DNA of 64,000 nucleotides, taken from positions 203,818 to 267,817 of the forward strand of contig JAWLBL010000008.1 of the NCBI GenBank assembly GCA_041687695.1, read 5' to 3'. Below, in pieces: positions 9,482 through 21,414 of this stretch (position 1 is the first letter of the stretch; the number at the start of each line of letters is the position of its first letter). This stretch comes from Myxococcota bacterium (GTDB lineage Bacteria > Myxococcota_A > UBA9042 > PHBI01 > JAWLBL01). A model generated the notes under the pieces. It saw only the letters and a program-made list of their open reading frames with translations, did not search any database and was not told the origin of the DNA. The translations under genes were made by a program, and so were the position numbers.

Positions 9482-11368
9482 TCAGCCGGCGCGTTTCTTG
9501 AGATGGATGAGCAGCGCGCTGACGGCGGCCGGCGGCACGCCCATCATGCGGCTGACCTGGCCGATGTTGCGCGGGCGCGCGCGGAGCAGGCGCTCTTTGA
9601 CCTCGGTGGTGATGCCCGCGACGGCCGCGTAGTCGAGGTCCCCCGGGAGGGCGACGTCCTCGAGCTTGCGGAAGCGCTCGACCTGCCTGTCCTGCCGCGC
9701 GATGTAGCCGGCGTACTTCACCCGGACCTCGATCTTCTCGGTCACCTCGGGCGGCAGCGCCGCGACCCACTCGGCGCCCAGGGCGGGCAGGTGCGCGGCC
9801 TCGACCTCGGGGCGGCGCAGCACCTCCTCAAGCGTGGCCGGCTTCACCAGCGGCGCCGACCCCAGCGCCGCCAGGCGATCGTTGGTCGCGTCGCAGGGGG
9901 TGATCTGGGTCGCCCGGAGCCGCTCGAGCCCGGCCTCGACCGTCGCTAGGCGCGCCTCGAAGGCCGCCCAGGTCGCGTCGTCGACCAGCCCCAGCGCCCG
10001 CCCGCGCGGCATCAGCCGCTCGTCGGCGTTGTCCTCGCGCAACATCAGCCGGTACTCGGCCCGCGACGTGAACATCCGATACGGCTCGTCCACCCCGCGC
10101 GTCACCAGGTCGTCGACCAGCACGCCCGCGTACCCCTCGGCGCGGTCGACCACAAAGGGCGCCTCGCCGCGCACCCGCAGCGCGGCGTTGACCCCGGCGA
10201 GCAGCCCCTGGATGGCGGCCTCCTCGTAGCCGGTCGTGCCGTTGATCTGGCCGGCCAGATACAGGCCGTCGACCCGGCGCACGGCCAGCGCGTGGTCCAG
10301 CTCGGTCGGCGGCACGAAGTCGTACTCGACGGCGTAGCCGGGGCGGCTGATCTCGGCGCGCTCGAGCCCCGGGATGGACCGCACCATCGCGATCTGAACG
10401 TCGATGGGAAGGCTGGTCGAGATGCCGTTGGGGTAGATCTCGCGCGTCGTGAGCCCCTCGGGCTCGAGGAAGATCTGGTGGCGCTCCTTGTCGGCGAAGC
10501 GGACGATCTTGTCCTCGATGGACGGGCAGTAGCGCGGCCCCGTGCCGACGATGTCGCCCGAGTACATCGGCGAGCGGTGCAGGCTCTGCCGGATGAGGTC
10601 GTGGGTGCGCGGCGTCGTCCAGGTGATGTGGCACGGGACCTGCGGCATCACCACGCGGCTGCCGTACATCGCGAAGGGGCGCGGCGGGTCGTCGCCCGGC
10701 TGCACCTCGAGCCCCTCCCAGTCGATGGTGCGCGCGTCCAGGCGCGGCACGGTGCCCGTCTTCAGCCGCCCGAGCGGCAGCCCCAGCCGCTCGAGCGTCG
10801 CGCTGAGCCCATAGGCGGCCCGGTCGCCGGCGCGCCCGGCCTTGACCTTGGTCTCGCCGTAGTGGCACAGGCCGCGCATGAACGTCCCGCTGGTCACCAC
10901 CACCGCGCCCGCCAGGTAGCGCACCCCCAGGTCGGTGTCGACCCCGCGCACGACCGGCCGGCCGTCGACCTCCTCCCAGGCCAGATCCAGCACGTCGGCC
11001 TGCTTGACCACCACCCCGGGCTGGCTCTCGACCACCAGCCGCATCTCGGCCGCGTACGCCACCTTGTCGGCCTGCGCCCGGCTGGCCCGCACGGCCGGCC
11101 CCTTGCTGGTGTTCAGCCGCCGGAACTGGATGCCCGTCCGGTCGGTCACCCGCGCCATGGCGCCGCCCAGGGCGTCCACCTCCTTGACCAGGTGCCCCTT
11201 GCCGAGCCCCCCGATGGCCGGGTTGCAGCTCATCCAGCCGACGCGGTCGATGTTCTGCGTCACCAGCAGCACCGACGCGCCCATGCGCGCGGCCGCCAGC
11301 GCCGCCTCACACCCCGCGTGGCCCGCCCCGATGACGGCCACGTCGAACGCGCGGTCGTAGACCAGCAC
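9482..11368 (-). CDS. mnmG: tRNA uridine-5-carboxymethylaminomethyl(34) synthesis enzyme MnmG/GidA
   Basis: [60 protein letters not shown]. Confidence 0.98.
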   Translation of the reverse strand: MLVYDRAFDVAVIGAGHAGCEAALAAARMGASVLLVTQNIDRVGWMSCNPAIGGLGKGHLVKEVDALGGAMARVTDRTGIQFRRLNTSKGPAVRASRAQADKVAYAAEMRLVVESQPGVVVKQADVLDLAWEEVDGRPVVRGVDTDLGVRYLAGAVVVTSGTFMRGLCHYGETKVKAGRAGDRAAYGLSATLERLGLPLGRLKTGTVPRLDARTIDWEGLEVQPGDDPPRPFAMYGSRVVMPQVPCHITWTTPRTHDLIRQSLHRSPMYSGDIVGTGPRYCPSIEDKIVRFADKERHQIFLEPEGLTTREIYPNGISTSLPIDVQIAMVRSIPGLERAEISRPGYAVEYDFVPPTELDHALAVRRVDGLYLAGQINGTTGYEEAAIQGLLAGVNAALRVRGEAPFVVDRAEGYAGVLVDDLVTRGVDEPYRMFTSRAEYRLMLREDNADERLMPRGRALGLVDDATWAAFEARLATVEAGLERLRATQITPCDATNDRLAALGSAPLVKPATLEEVLRRPEVEAAHLPALGAEWVAALPPEVTEKIEVRVKYAGYIARQDRQVERFRKLEDVALPGDLDYAAVAGITTEVKERLLRARPRNIGQVSRMMGVPPAAVSALLIHLKKRAG

Positions 11369-11371
11369 GCG

Positions 11372-12163
11372 CTACCTCTCCTTGCAGTCTTTCCCGAGCG
11401 TCTCGAGGCGCTTGGCCGCCTGGGCCGCCTCGGGCGCGCTCTTGTACTGCTTGCGCAGGTAGTCGTAGATGTCCTTGGCCCGCTTGCACGCGCCCTGGAC
11501 CGTCATCAGCTCGCCGATGCGCAGCACGGCCTTGGGCGCCTGATCCCCTTGCGGGTAGCGGCCCTCGACCGCCCCGTAGGTCTTGATGGCCGCCGTCAGA
11601 TCGTTCTCCTGCTCCTGGACGCCGCCGATCGCCATCAGGGCGTCGTCGGCCCGCGGGTCGCTCGGGAAGCTGGCCTCGAAGGTCTGGTAGATGGCCTTGG
11701 CCTCGAGCAGTTGCCCGGCCTTGCGGCGGTCCTCGGCGGCCTTCCACATCCCGTCGGCGTCCTTGGGGAGATCCGCCGGCAGGAACAGCCGCGTCGAGCC
11801 GAGCTTGTCGGCCAGCTCGCGCTTGATGACCTCGACGTCGCGCAGCGCCCGCTCGAGCCGCACCTGCAGCGCCTCGAGGTCGCCCTTGAGCTTGGGCATG
11901 TCGGCCTCGAGCCGCTCGACCCGGATGCCCAGGTTCGCGCCCTGGTTCCGCAGCGTCTCCTCGGCCTGCGTCAGCAGCGCGTGGAGGTTCTCCATGCGCT
12001 TGACGTCCTGCTCCATGGTCGCCTTGACGCGCTCGCGCTCGAGCTCGAGCTCCTTGACGCGCGCCGTGAGCTTCTCGTGCTCGCCCAGCGTGGCGCACCC
12101 CGGCGTCGCCACGGCCAGCGCGGCGAGGACCAGACCAACGAAAACGCCCGAGCGGTTCGACAC
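11372..12163 (-). CDS. cpoB: Tol-Pal associated coiled-coil/TPR lipoprotein (YbgF/CpoB-like)
   Basis: Lipobox TPGC, coiled coil, TPR-like repeats (FPSDPRADDAL, YPQGDQAPKAVLRIG); directly downstream of a Pal-like gene. Confidence 0.75.
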   Translation of the reverse strand: MSNRSGVFVGLVLAALAVATPGCATLGEHEKLTARVKELELERERVKATMEQDVKRMENLHALLTQAEETLRNQGANLGIRVERLEADMPKLKGDLEALQVRLERALRDVEVIKRELADKLGSTRLFLPADLPKDADGMWKAAEDRRKAGQLLEAKAIYQTFEASFPSDPRADDALMAIGGVQEQENDLTAAIKTYGAVEGRYPQGDQAPKAVLRIGELMTVQGACKRAKDIYDYLRKQYKSAPEAAQAAKRLETLGKDCKER

Positions 12164-12206
12164 GCTCGGGCGTTTAGCTTGGCGGAGGGGGCCCGTCAAG
12201 GGAGGG

Positions 12207-12980
12207 CTACCGGCGCTCGGTCTCGACGCGGCGGTTCTGCTGCCAGCACTCCTCGTTGCTCTGGTTGCAGACGGGCCGCTCCTCACCGTAGCTGATGGTG
12301 CTGATGAGGTCGTCCGTCACGCCGAGCTGGCGGTACTGGCGGGCGACGGCGTTGGCGCGGCGCTGGCCCAGGGCCAGGTTGTACTCGTCCGAGCCGCGCT
12401 CGTCGGCGTGCCCCGACACCTGGTGCGCGGCGGCGCGCTCGCGGATGCAGGTCGCGTTGTCGCGCACCTTCTGCTCCTCGCTCAGGCGGATGGTGTACTC
12501 GTTGAAGTCGAAGTAGACCGCCTCGGTGTCGCAGGCCGCCACGCACTCGTTGTTCACGCAGCGCTGGCCCGCCGGGCACTGGGCGTCACCGGTGCAGGCC
12601 ACGTCGGGCACGCACGAGCCGCCCGCGCAGCGCTGGCCGGCCGGGCAGTGCTCGTTGGTGCGGCACAGGCCGCCGCAGGTGCCGGTGACCGCGTCCGGGG
12701 TGTCCTTCCAGCAGCGGCCGCCGGGGCAGTCCAGGTCGCTCTTGCAGCAGCCGGCGCGGCGGACGCAGGCGTTGTTCGCGCCGCACTCCTGGCACGGGTC
12801 GATCTGCGCGCACTGCGCGTCGTCGCGGCACTGGCGGCAGAAGCCGTTGACGCAGACCTCGTTCTGCTTGGCGCAGTGCTTGTCGGCCTCGCACTTCGGG
12901 TACTCGGGGCCGCACGCGGTCATCAGCGCCAACAGGGCGGCGGCGAACAGGAACGGCACGAGGCGAATCGACCGGGTCAT
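12207..12980 (-). CDS. pal: Pal/OmpA-family peptidoglycan-associated lipoprotein with Cys-rich N-terminal repeats
   Basis: Lipobox MTAC; VYFDFN, GHADERGSDEYNLALGQRRANAV, ISYGEERP, QNRRVE. Confidence 0.85.
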   Translation of the reverse strand: MTRSIRLVPFLFAAALLALMTACGPEYPKCEADKHCAKQNEVCVNGFCRQCRDDAQCAQIDPCQECGANNACVRRAGCCKSDLDCPGGRCWKDTPDAVTGTCGGLCRTNEHCPAGQRCAGGSCVPDVACTGDAQCPAGQRCVNNECVAACDTEAVYFDFNEYTIRLSEEQKVRDNATCIRERAAAHQVSGHADERGSDEYNLALGQRRANAVARQYRQLGVTDDLISTISYGEERPVCNQSNEECWQQNRRVETERR

Positions 12981-13403
12981 GGCGGGGTCCTCTCCAAGGC
13001 GAAGCGAGGTCAAGGGCGCGTGCGGCGACGCCCGTCTGGGCGACAGCAGGATGCGATGGCAATGGAACGGGAAATGATGGTGTCGGGTCGACGTGGCCTG
13101 TCCCGCGCGTGCGGGGCCACGTCGAGCGCGAACATGGAGTCAAGCCCGTCGACTGTCAAGACAAAGCAGTCCATGCGAAAGCGCCTGTCATGGCGCGCCG
13201 CAGGGGGCCCGCCGGTGTGCGCCTCCGACTTGGTCGACGCGGCGCCCACCCGGGCTCCGCCGACGGCCCGATGCGCGTCCCTCGCCCGGTCGCCGCGCCC
13301 GCTCCCGCCGCGGGTTCGGCTCGCGCGGCCCGCGTAACCCTTGCGCGGCTGGCCGGCGTCTGTTTCATTGTCGCGGCTTTCGCCCCCGCGGCGCGTGAGG
13401 AGC

Positions 13404-14960
13404 ATGAGCCTGGAGAGCCCCCCCTACGTCGAACCGGCGCCGACCGCGCCCCCGCCGAGCCCGCCGGGCGACCGCGCCTTCTGGCGCCTCGACCGGGAGC
13501 TGACGGGGCGGCTGCTCCGGCTCGCGTACCCGGTCGTGCTCGCGATGCTCACGCAGACGGCCATCAACCTGCTCGACACGATCATGGTCGGGCGGCTGCC
13601 CAAGCAGTACAGCATCGCCGGGCAGTCGGCCATCGGCTACTCCCTCATCATGATGTGGGCGGTCGGCGGCTTCCTGTCCGCCATGCAGGTCGGCACGCAG
13701 GCCATCGTCGCCCGCCGCTTCGGCGAGGCCTCCTGGCTCGGCTCGGGCCGCGCGCTCGCGAACTCGCTGGTGCTGACGGTGACCAGCGGCCTCATCGCGG
13801 CCATCTGCGGCTACCTGTTCGTCGCCGACGTCTTCCCCTTCTTCAACTCGGACCCCGACGTCCTGCGGGTCGGCATCCCCTACGCCGAGTGGCGCATGCT
13901 CGGCGTCTTCTCCATGGTCGCCACCGTCTCGTACAAGGCGTTCTTCGACGGCGTCGGCTTCACCAAGGCCCACATGATGGCCGCCATCGTGATGAACGTG
14001 GCGAACGTCATCCTCAACTACGTCCTCATCTTCGGCGCCGGCCCCATCGAGCCCATGTACGTCGAGGGCGCCGGCATCGCCTCGGCCATCGCCAGCATGC
14101 TCGGCTTCGTCGTCATGTTCGGCTTCTCCCTGTGGCCCAAGTTCATCAAGCGCTACCGCTACTACCGCCTGGGCAACGTCAGCCGCGAGCTCATCTGGGA
14201 GATCGTCCGCCTGTCCGTCCCGAGCGGCCTCGCGACCGTCTTCGTCATGAGCGGCTTCGGCCTGTTCCTCAAGATCGTCGGCATGCTCGACCAGCAGGCC
14301 GTGGTCAAGAGCGTCGAAGCGGCCGGCTTCTGGGCGGCCGAGGCCGTCCCGTGGCTGACCGCCGCCGAGGGCGTCCCCGCCGTGGGCGATCTCGGCCTGC
14401 ACGCCATCCAGGCGCGCCCTCCCATCTACGTCGCCGCGACCAAGGTCATCATCGACATCCTGTCCATCACCTTCATGACCTCCATCGCCTTCGGCACCGC
14501 TACGGCCACGCTCGTCGGGCAATCCCTGGGCGCCGGCCGCCCCGACCTCGCCGAGCGCTACGGCTGGGAGTCGGTCCGCATCGGCGGCTACGTCATGGGC
14601 GTCGTCGGCCTGGCCGCCATCCTCTTCCCGGACGCGCTCTTCAGCCTCTTCTCGAAGGATCTCGAGGTCATCGAGGCCGGGCGCGGCGCCCTGCGGATGC
14701 TGGGAGGCTGCGAGGCCCTGCTGGCCATCGCGCTCATCCTGGCGCAGGCCCTGTACGGCGCGGGCAACACCAAGTACGTGATGAAGGTCGAGCTCGTCCT
14801 GCACATGACGTGCCTCGTCCCGCTCGCCTACCTGTTGGGCATCGTCTGGGACTTCGGCCTCATCGGGATCTGGCTGGCGGCCTTCATCTACGCCGTCCTG
14901 ATGTGCTGGGCCATGGTCTGGAAGTTCAAGAGCGGCGACTGGAAGCACATCGAGCTCTGA
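13404..14960 (+). CDS. MATE family efflux transporter
   Basis: LAYPVVLAML..DTIMVGRL, NVILNYVLIFG, LVGQSLGAG, GLIGIWLA; multi-TM; GAGGAG RBS. Confidence 0.92.
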   Translation: MSLESPPYVEPAPTAPPPSPPGDRAFWRLDRELTGRLLRLAYPVVLAMLTQTAINLLDTIMVGRLPKQYSIAGQSAIGYSLIMMWAVGGFLSAMQVGTQAIVARRFGEASWLGSGRALANSLVLTVTSGLIAAICGYLFVADVFPFFNSDPDVLRVGIPYAEWRMLGVFSMVATVSYKAFFDGVGFTKAHMMAAIVMNVANVILNYVLIFGAGPIEPMYVEGAGIASAIASMLGFVVMFGFSLWPKFIKRYRYYRLGNVSRELIWEIVRLSVPSGLATVFVMSGFGLFLKIVGMLDQQAVVKSVEAAGFWAAEAVPWLTAAEGVPAVGDLGLHAIQARPPIYVAATKVIIDILSITFMTSIAFGTATATLVGQSLGAGRPDLAERYGWESVRIGGYVMGVVGLAAILFPDALFSLFSKDLEVIEAGRGALRMLGGCEALLAIALILAQALYGAGNTKYVMKVELVLHMTCLVPLAYLLGIVWDFGLIGIWLAAFIYAVLMCWAMVWKFKSGDWKHIEL

Positions 14961-14990
14961 GGCGTTCGGACGCCTGCCGGGGGGAGCGCC

Positions 14991-16346
<1,356 letters not shown>

Positions 16347-16362
16347 CGGCCAGGGGGACGGC

Positions 16363-16959
16363 ATGCGCAGGGCGACGGTGGTGGCGTGGGCGGCGGCGGC
16401 GCTGCTGGGGTGTGACGCGGGCGGCGGCGAGGCGACGCCCACGGCGCCGGACGCGAGCGGGTCGGCCAAGGGCTCGCCCGCGACGGCCTGGCCGGTGACC
16501 GACGCTACGGTCAAGACGCCGGCCTACGGGGTCAGCTGCCGGCTGGCGGTCGACGACGTCGTGACGGTGGCGTCCAACGGCGCGGCCGACGACGCGCTGA
16601 CGCTCTCGGCGCCGGCTTCGGGGCCGGCGACCCTGTCGCTGACGGTGACCGGCGCGGGCGGGACCTTCGAGGCGCAGGTGACGGCGGCGCGGGCGCTGCT
16701 CGGCAAGAGCTACCGCGAGGCGACCGGGACGGCGTCCCTGGGCGGACAGTCCTGGACCGTGGTCGACGGGACGCTCTGCTTCGCCGAGAAGCTGGCCACC
16801 GGGCAGGCCGTCGAGGGCGAGCTGTCGCTGATTCTGGCGCGGCCGGAGGGCGGGCACCAGTCGGTCGCCGGGACCTTCACCTTGCCGGGGGCGGCCGTCG
16901 ACGCCGGCTCGGACCCGACGACGGTCGCGGCGACCGCGCTGGACGTCGATCTGCGCTGA
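16363..16959 (+). CDS. Hypothetical lipoprotein
   Basis: Lipobox LLGC; beta-rich mature part. Confidence 0.7.
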   Translation: MRRATVVAWAAAALLGCDAGGGEATPTAPDASGSAKGSPATAWPVTDATVKTPAYGVSCRLAVDDVVTVASNGAADDALTLSAPASGPATLSLTVTGAGGTFEAQVTAARALLGKSYREATGTASLGGQSWTVVDGTLCFAEKLATGQAVEGELSLILARPEGGHQSVAGTFTLPGAAVDAGSDPTTVAATALDVDLR

Positions 16960-17003
16960 CCGGGGCGCGGCTTTCGGCGGGCGGACGCGGGGAGCGCGCC
17001 GCC

Positions 17004-17033
17004 TTGACGTCGCGAAACCCCGCGTGATACCCG
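17004..17033 (+). promoter_or_regulatory. Possible sigma70-type promoter for the FHA gene
   Basis: TTGACG at 17004, then TGaTACCCG (weak extended -10) about 60 bp before the GTG start. Confidence 0.3.
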
Positions 17034-17090
17034 TGGAAACCTCGGCCGGCCGGGCCTGCCTGGCGTCCTCGACGAGCGGAGCGGAACGTC

Positions 17091-18113
17091 GTGATTGTCT
17101 GCCCATCCTGCGGGAAGGATAACGAAGACTTCTTCATGTTCTGCCTCGGGTGCGGGTCCGATCTGACGGCGGCGCAGGCGGCCTCCTCCGCGGCCGCACC
17201 CGACGATCCGGCCGAGCCGCCCGACGCCGCCGAACCCAAGCTGGCGCCACGCGCGCCGGCGGCGCCGCGCCTCGGGGGGACGGTGCCGTTCCAGCACAGC
17301 GCCGCGACGTCGACCACCGACTGGATCGACCAGTCGTCGCTCGGGCAGCCGGAGATCGTCCCGACGCTCGACTACGACCCCGACGTGCGGACCGTGGTGC
17401 AAAAGCCCGCGCAGCTCGCCGTGGACGACGGGGCGGGCGTGGTCATCGAGACCGCCGACGAGGGCGTCGAGAGCCCGGCGCGCATCGTCCTCATCAACGA
17501 GGACGGCTCCGACGGGGAGGGGTTCACCCTCACCCGCGCGACGACGGTCATCGGACGCGAGGGCGCCGACATCGACTTCGGCGACGACGACTTCCTGGCC
17601 GGCCGCCACGCGGTGCTGTTCTACGAGAGCGGACGGCTGTTCGTACAGCCGCTGGCGACGACCAACGGCGTCTACAAGCGCATCCTGGACCAGTCCGAGC
17701 TCGAGTCGGGCGACGCCTTCCGCATCGGCCAGGAGCTGCTTCGCTTCGAACTGGTGCGCGACATGGTGGGCCCGGTCGAGCGGGACGCCGACGGGACCAT
17801 CGGCCTGGCGAGCCCCCTGCCGCCGGACACCTGGGGGCGCCTCGCGCAGCTGGTGTCGCTCGAGGACGTCGGCAGCGCCTTCTTGCTCAGCGGCGACGAG
17901 ATCTTCCTCGGACGCGAGCGCGGCGACATCACCTTCCCCGAGGACGGCTACGTCTCGGGCAGCCACGCGGTCATCGTGCGCCGGGGCGGGCGGTTCTTCC
18001 TCAAGGACCTGGGCTCGTCCAACGGCACCTACGTCCGGCTCAAGGCCAAGGCCGGGCTCGACGACGGCGACCTCATCCTGGCCGGGCAGCAGCTCTTCCG
18101 CATCGAAGCCTGA
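17091..18113 (+). CDS. Zinc-ribbon plus double FHA domain protein
   Basis: CPSCG..N..FCLGCG; two FHA units (IGR..RHA..TTNG and LGRE..SGSHA..DLGSSNGTY). Confidence 0.9.
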   Translation: MIVCPSCGKDNEDFFMFCLGCGSDLTAAQAASSAAAPDDPAEPPDAAEPKLAPRAPAAPRLGGTVPFQHSAATSTTDWIDQSSLGQPEIVPTLDYDPDVRTVVQKPAQLAVDDGAGVVIETADEGVESPARIVLINEDGSDGEGFTLTRATTVIGREGADIDFGDDDFLAGRHAVLFYESGRLFVQPLATTNGVYKRILDQSELESGDAFRIGQELLRFELVRDMVGPVERDADGTIGLASPLPPDTWGRLAQLVSLEDVGSAFLLSGDEIFLGRERGDITFPEDGYVSGSHAVIVRRGGRFFLKDLGSSNGTYVRLKAKAGLDDGDLILAGQQLFRIEA

Positions 18114-18146
18114 CCGCGTCGGCCGGCGTCGGCCGCTCGGAAGGCG

Positions 18147-19130
18147 TCAGCCGGCGGCTGCAGAGGCGCGGGGCTCGGCGGGTAGCTCGGGAGCGGGCGC
18201 CGTCACCAGGGCGCGCCGCACACGCCAGCGGGCCGCGAGGGTGTCGGGACGCGGCGTCGCGGCCGCGGGGCGCGCCAGGCCGTGCTCGTCCACGAAGCGG
18301 CGGATGCGGGTCTCGAGCACGTCGGGCAGCTCGATGGGAGCCGTGTGGCTGCCGCCGGGCAGGACCTCGAGCTCGCCGTGGGGCAGGGTCGAGGCCAGGA
18401 ACTGGCTGGTGTGGGCGGGCGTGAAGCCGTCGCGCTCGCCGGCCAGCACCAGGAAGGGCTGCGACAGCCGATGCAGGAAGGCCACGCTGGTGCGCTCGGC
18501 CGCGTCCTCGAGCATCGTCACGAACAGATCGAGCGGCATGCGCGAGAAGTGGTCGAGGTACGGCATGAAGTCCTCGCGCCGCACCAGGGTCCGATTGATC
18601 TCGCCGAGCTTGGCCAGCTCGAAGCTGAAGCGGGTCGGCATGAAGGCCTGGACGACGCGCTGGGCGATGGGCCGATAGCGGGTCATCAGCTCCTTGATGC
18701 GCGGCAGCACGCGGGCGCCGACGTCCGTGTTCTTGAAGGTGTCGAGCGCCCGGCCGTACGAGCCGCAGACCAGCACGCCAGCGCGCACGCGCTCGGGGTG
18801 CCGCCAGGCCATCTCGAGCACCACCTGCACGCCCATCGAGTGGCCGAAGAACACGGCCGGGCCCAGCTCGTGACGCTGCATCAGCTCGGCCAGGTCGCCG
18901 GCGAGGTGGGGCAGGGTGACCGCCTCGGCGTCGCGGGGCAGCCCGGAGCGGCCGTGGCCCCGGTAGTGCATGTGCAGCACCTGGAAGCGCTCGAGCAGCA
19001 CCGGGCGCAGGTAGCGCCAGACGTAGCCGTCGCACGAGATGCCGTCGCACAGGACGGCCACCGGCGCATCGGGCGGGCCCTCGAGCGTGTAGGCGATGCG
19101 GGTTCCGTCGGCGACTCGGCAGTGCTTCAC
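18147..19130 (-). CDS. Alpha/beta fold hydrolase
   Basis: YRGHGRS, GHSMG nucleophile elbow, GERDGFTP, GGSHTAP; GTGA coupling to the upstream gene. Confidence 0.9.
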   Translation of the reverse strand: MKHCRVADGTRIAYTLEGPPDAPVAVLCDGISCDGYVWRYLRPVLLERFQVLHMHYRGHGRSGLPRDAEAVTLPHLAGDLAELMQRHELGPAVFFGHSMGVQVVLEMAWRHPERVRAGVLVCGSYGRALDTFKNTDVGARVLPRIKELMTRYRPIAQRVVQAFMPTRFSFELAKLGEINRTLVRREDFMPYLDHFSRMPLDLFVTMLEDAAERTSVAFLHRLSQPFLVLAGERDGFTPAHTSQFLASTLPHGELEVLPGGSHTAPIELPDVLETRIRRFVDEHGLARPAAATPRPDTLAARWRVRRALVTAPAPELPAEPRASAAAG

Positions 19131-19765
19131 GGCAGCTTCCAGGACATCTTCACCTGCGCGGGTGCGCCCGCGACGATCAGGTGGACCGCCTGCCCGCTCG
19201 CGGCGAGGGGCTCGCCGGTCGGCAGGACCCGCGGGAAGCGCACTTCCCACAGAGTGTATTGATCCCCCATGTACGGGTACAGCTGTCGCCACGTCGGGTT
19301 GCTGCTGCGCTTGCGGTCGACCAGCGTCGGCCGGACGAACCGGCCGGCGTCGTCCTCGAGGCGCAGATCCCAGATGCCGTCGCGCGGGTCGAGCCGGTTC
19401 CAGCTGGGCTCGTGGGTGGCCGTGGCGATCATGACCACCCAGGCCTCCTCCAGCTCGGCCAGCTCCGTCGCGAGCAGCTGCTCGCGCTGCGAGTCGGGCA
19501 GCGCGAAGATGCGGGCGTACTCCAGCACCCAGGCGCGGCGGAACGGCTCGGTCTTGAGCGTCGCGTACACGAAGAGGCGGCTCTCCATGTCCTCGTACGT
19601 CTCGACGTGGCGCGTCCAGACCTTGCGCGTCTCGGTGTAGGACTCCACCGGGCCGTCGATCGACTGCAGGGCCACGCCACAGCCGGCAAGCAGCGCCGCC
19701 ACGAGCGCCAGCGCCACGCCCACGCCAAAGCGTGGCCGCGCTAGGCCGATCCGCGGCCTCGTCAC
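19127..19765 (-). CDS. Hypothetical lipoprotein
   Basis: GTGA overlap with the pyrE stop; lipobox LAGC. Confidence 0.75.
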   Translation of the reverse strand: MTRPRIGLARPRFGVGVALALVAALLAGCGVALQSIDGPVESYTETRKVWTRHVETYEDMESRLFVYATLKTEPFRRAWVLEYARIFALPDSQREQLLATELAELEEAWVVMIATATHEPSWNRLDPRDGIWDLRLEDDAGRFVRPTLVDRKRSSNPTWRQLYPYMGDQYTLWEVRFPRVLPTGEPLAASGQAVHLIVAGAPAQVKMSWKLP

Positions 19766-20343
19766 TCGCCGTCCGTCGCGCCCGGCCCCATGCCGGGGAA
19801 GTCGGCGCGCGTGTACAGGGCGGTCACCGCGACGCCCTCGGCCTCGATGGCCTCGCGGCCGCCCTCGAGGCGGTCGACCAGGCAGAACAGGCCCTGCACC
19901 TGCATGCCGGCCTCGCGCAGGCGGGCGATGGAGCGGATCGACGAGGCGCCCGTGGTGATGACGTCCTCGAGGACCAGCACGCGGCTGCCGGGGCCGAGCG
20001 AGCGGATGCCCTCGATCCACGACATGGTGCCGTGGCCCTTGGGCTCTTTTCGGATGAAGAAGCCAGGGATGGGCTGGCCGCGCCGCCGCGCCTGCAGCAC
20101 GAACGCGCAAGTCATCGGGTCCGCGCCCAGCGTGGGGCCGCCGACCGCGTCGATCGGAAAGCCCTGCTGTTGCCACGTGTCGACCAGCACCGTCCCGGTC
20201 AGCGCCATGCCGTCGGGGTGCAGCAGCGTCTGCTTGCAGTCGACGTAGAAGTCGCTGGTCCGCCCGCTGGACAGCACGATCTGGCGCCGCTCGAACGACA
20301 GCTGGGTGAGCAGCGACAGCAGCTCCTCGCGCGGTTGGCTCAT
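19762..20343 (-). CDS. pyrE: Orotate phosphoribosyltransferase
   Basis: LSSGRTSDFYVDCK, IRKEPKGHGT, PRPP motif VLEDVITTGAS, LVDRLEGG. Confidence 0.95.
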   Translation of the reverse strand: MSQPREELLSLLTQLSFERRQIVLSSGRTSDFYVDCKQTLLHPDGMALTGTVLVDTWQQQGFPIDAVGGPTLGADPMTCAFVLQARRRGQPIPGFFIRKEPKGHGTMSWIEGIRSLGPGSRVLVLEDVITTGASSIRSIARLREAGMQVQGLFCLVDRLEGGREAIEAEGVAVTALYTRADFPGMGPGATDGE

Positions 20344-20399
20344 CGGTCCTCTCAACGTGGTGACGGTTGCCTGGCTGGCCTTCCCGGCTTGGGGGCCTG

Positions 20400-20960
20400 T
20401 CAGCTCGCCTGCCCGCCGCGCGACGGGCGCGTCTCGACGACCTCGCCGGCGCCGGCCGACGGGCCCGTCTCGACGACCTCGCTGGCCTCGGGCTCGGGCC
20501 AGGCGCTTCGGCTGGGCGACGACGCCGCCGCCCACGGGTCGGCCGCCGGCGCGCTGCTCGCGCCATAGCGGGCCGCGCCCCGGGCCCCAGCGGCCGCCCC
20601 GGCCGCCGCGCCGCCGATGGCGACTCGAACCGTGGGCACCTCGACCCCGGTTTCAACGCGCCCCGCGACGCGCCCGCCGGGCGTCAACTTCAGACGCCGG
20701 GCCTTGATGTTGCCCTGCACCTGCCCGGTCGCGGCGATCTCGACGTCCTCGCTGGCGAAGATGTCGCCCACGACGACGCCCTGCACGACCAGGCGGCGGA
20801 CGTGCGCGTCGCCCTCGACCACGGCGCCGGCCTCGACCAGGACCGCGTGGTCGCTCTCGATGCGTCCGCGGACGTGTCCGCCCAGCGCGAGGTCCTCGGC
20901 GGCCCTGAGGACGCCCTCGATGCGGTGTCCCGGCGCGATTCGGCTCTGCGGTGCGGCCAT
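20400..20960 (-). CDS. Bactofilin with low-complexity C-terminal extension
   Basis: Beta-helix repeats (IEG..L.G.V.G.I, VQGNIKARRL), followed by an Ala/Pro/Glu-rich tail. Confidence 0.8.
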   Translation of the reverse strand: MAAPQSRIAPGHRIEGVLRAAEDLALGGHVRGRIESDHAVLVEAGAVVEGDAHVRRLVVQGVVVGDIFASEDVEIAATGQVQGNIKARRLKLTPGGRVAGRVETGVEVPTVRVAIGGAAAGAAAGARGAARYGASSAPAADPWAAASSPSRSAWPEPEASEVVETGPSAGAGEVVETRPSRGGQAS

Positions 20961-20964
20961 CCTG

Positions 20965-21282
20965 CTAACCCTGCATGTTGATGTTGCCCTTGAAGGCCGC
21001 CCCGTCGGCGATGAGGATGCGCGGCGCCTTGATGTCGCCGACGAGCCGTCCGCCCGACTTGATCTCGACCTTGTCGGTGGCGGTCACGTTGCCTTGGACG
21101 GAGCCGGCGACCTCGACCGACTGGCTCTCGACGTCGGCCTCGACGCGCCCGCCCGGCGGGATCGTGACGGCCTCCTTGACCTGGATGCGCCCGCGCACGA
21201 AGCCCAGGACGGTGATCGCCTCGGTGCCCGTGATCTCGCCGTCGATGGCGATGTTGCTGCCGATGATGGTGTCGGACGCCAT
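20965..21282 (-). CDS. Bactofilin (polymer-forming cytoskeletal protein)
   Basis: TIIGSNIAIDGEI...VQGNVTATDKVEI...GDIKAPRILIADGAAFKGNINM. Confidence 0.93.
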   Translation of the reverse strand: MASDTIIGSNIAIDGEITGTEAITVLGFVRGRIQVKEAVTIPPGGRVEADVESQSVEVAGSVQGNVTATDKVEIKSGGRLVGDIKAPRILIADGAAFKGNINMQG

Positions 21283-21414
21283 GTGTCGTTCCTCGAGCGT
21301 GGGGGGGCTGCAGGGGGTCGCCGCGCGGGCGGCCGTGCCGGTTCGGAAGTCAGGGGAGGGCGCGCGTCAACCGGGACCCGGCGCGAGAGGCGACGGGCCC
21401 GCGGGCGCGGTCGG

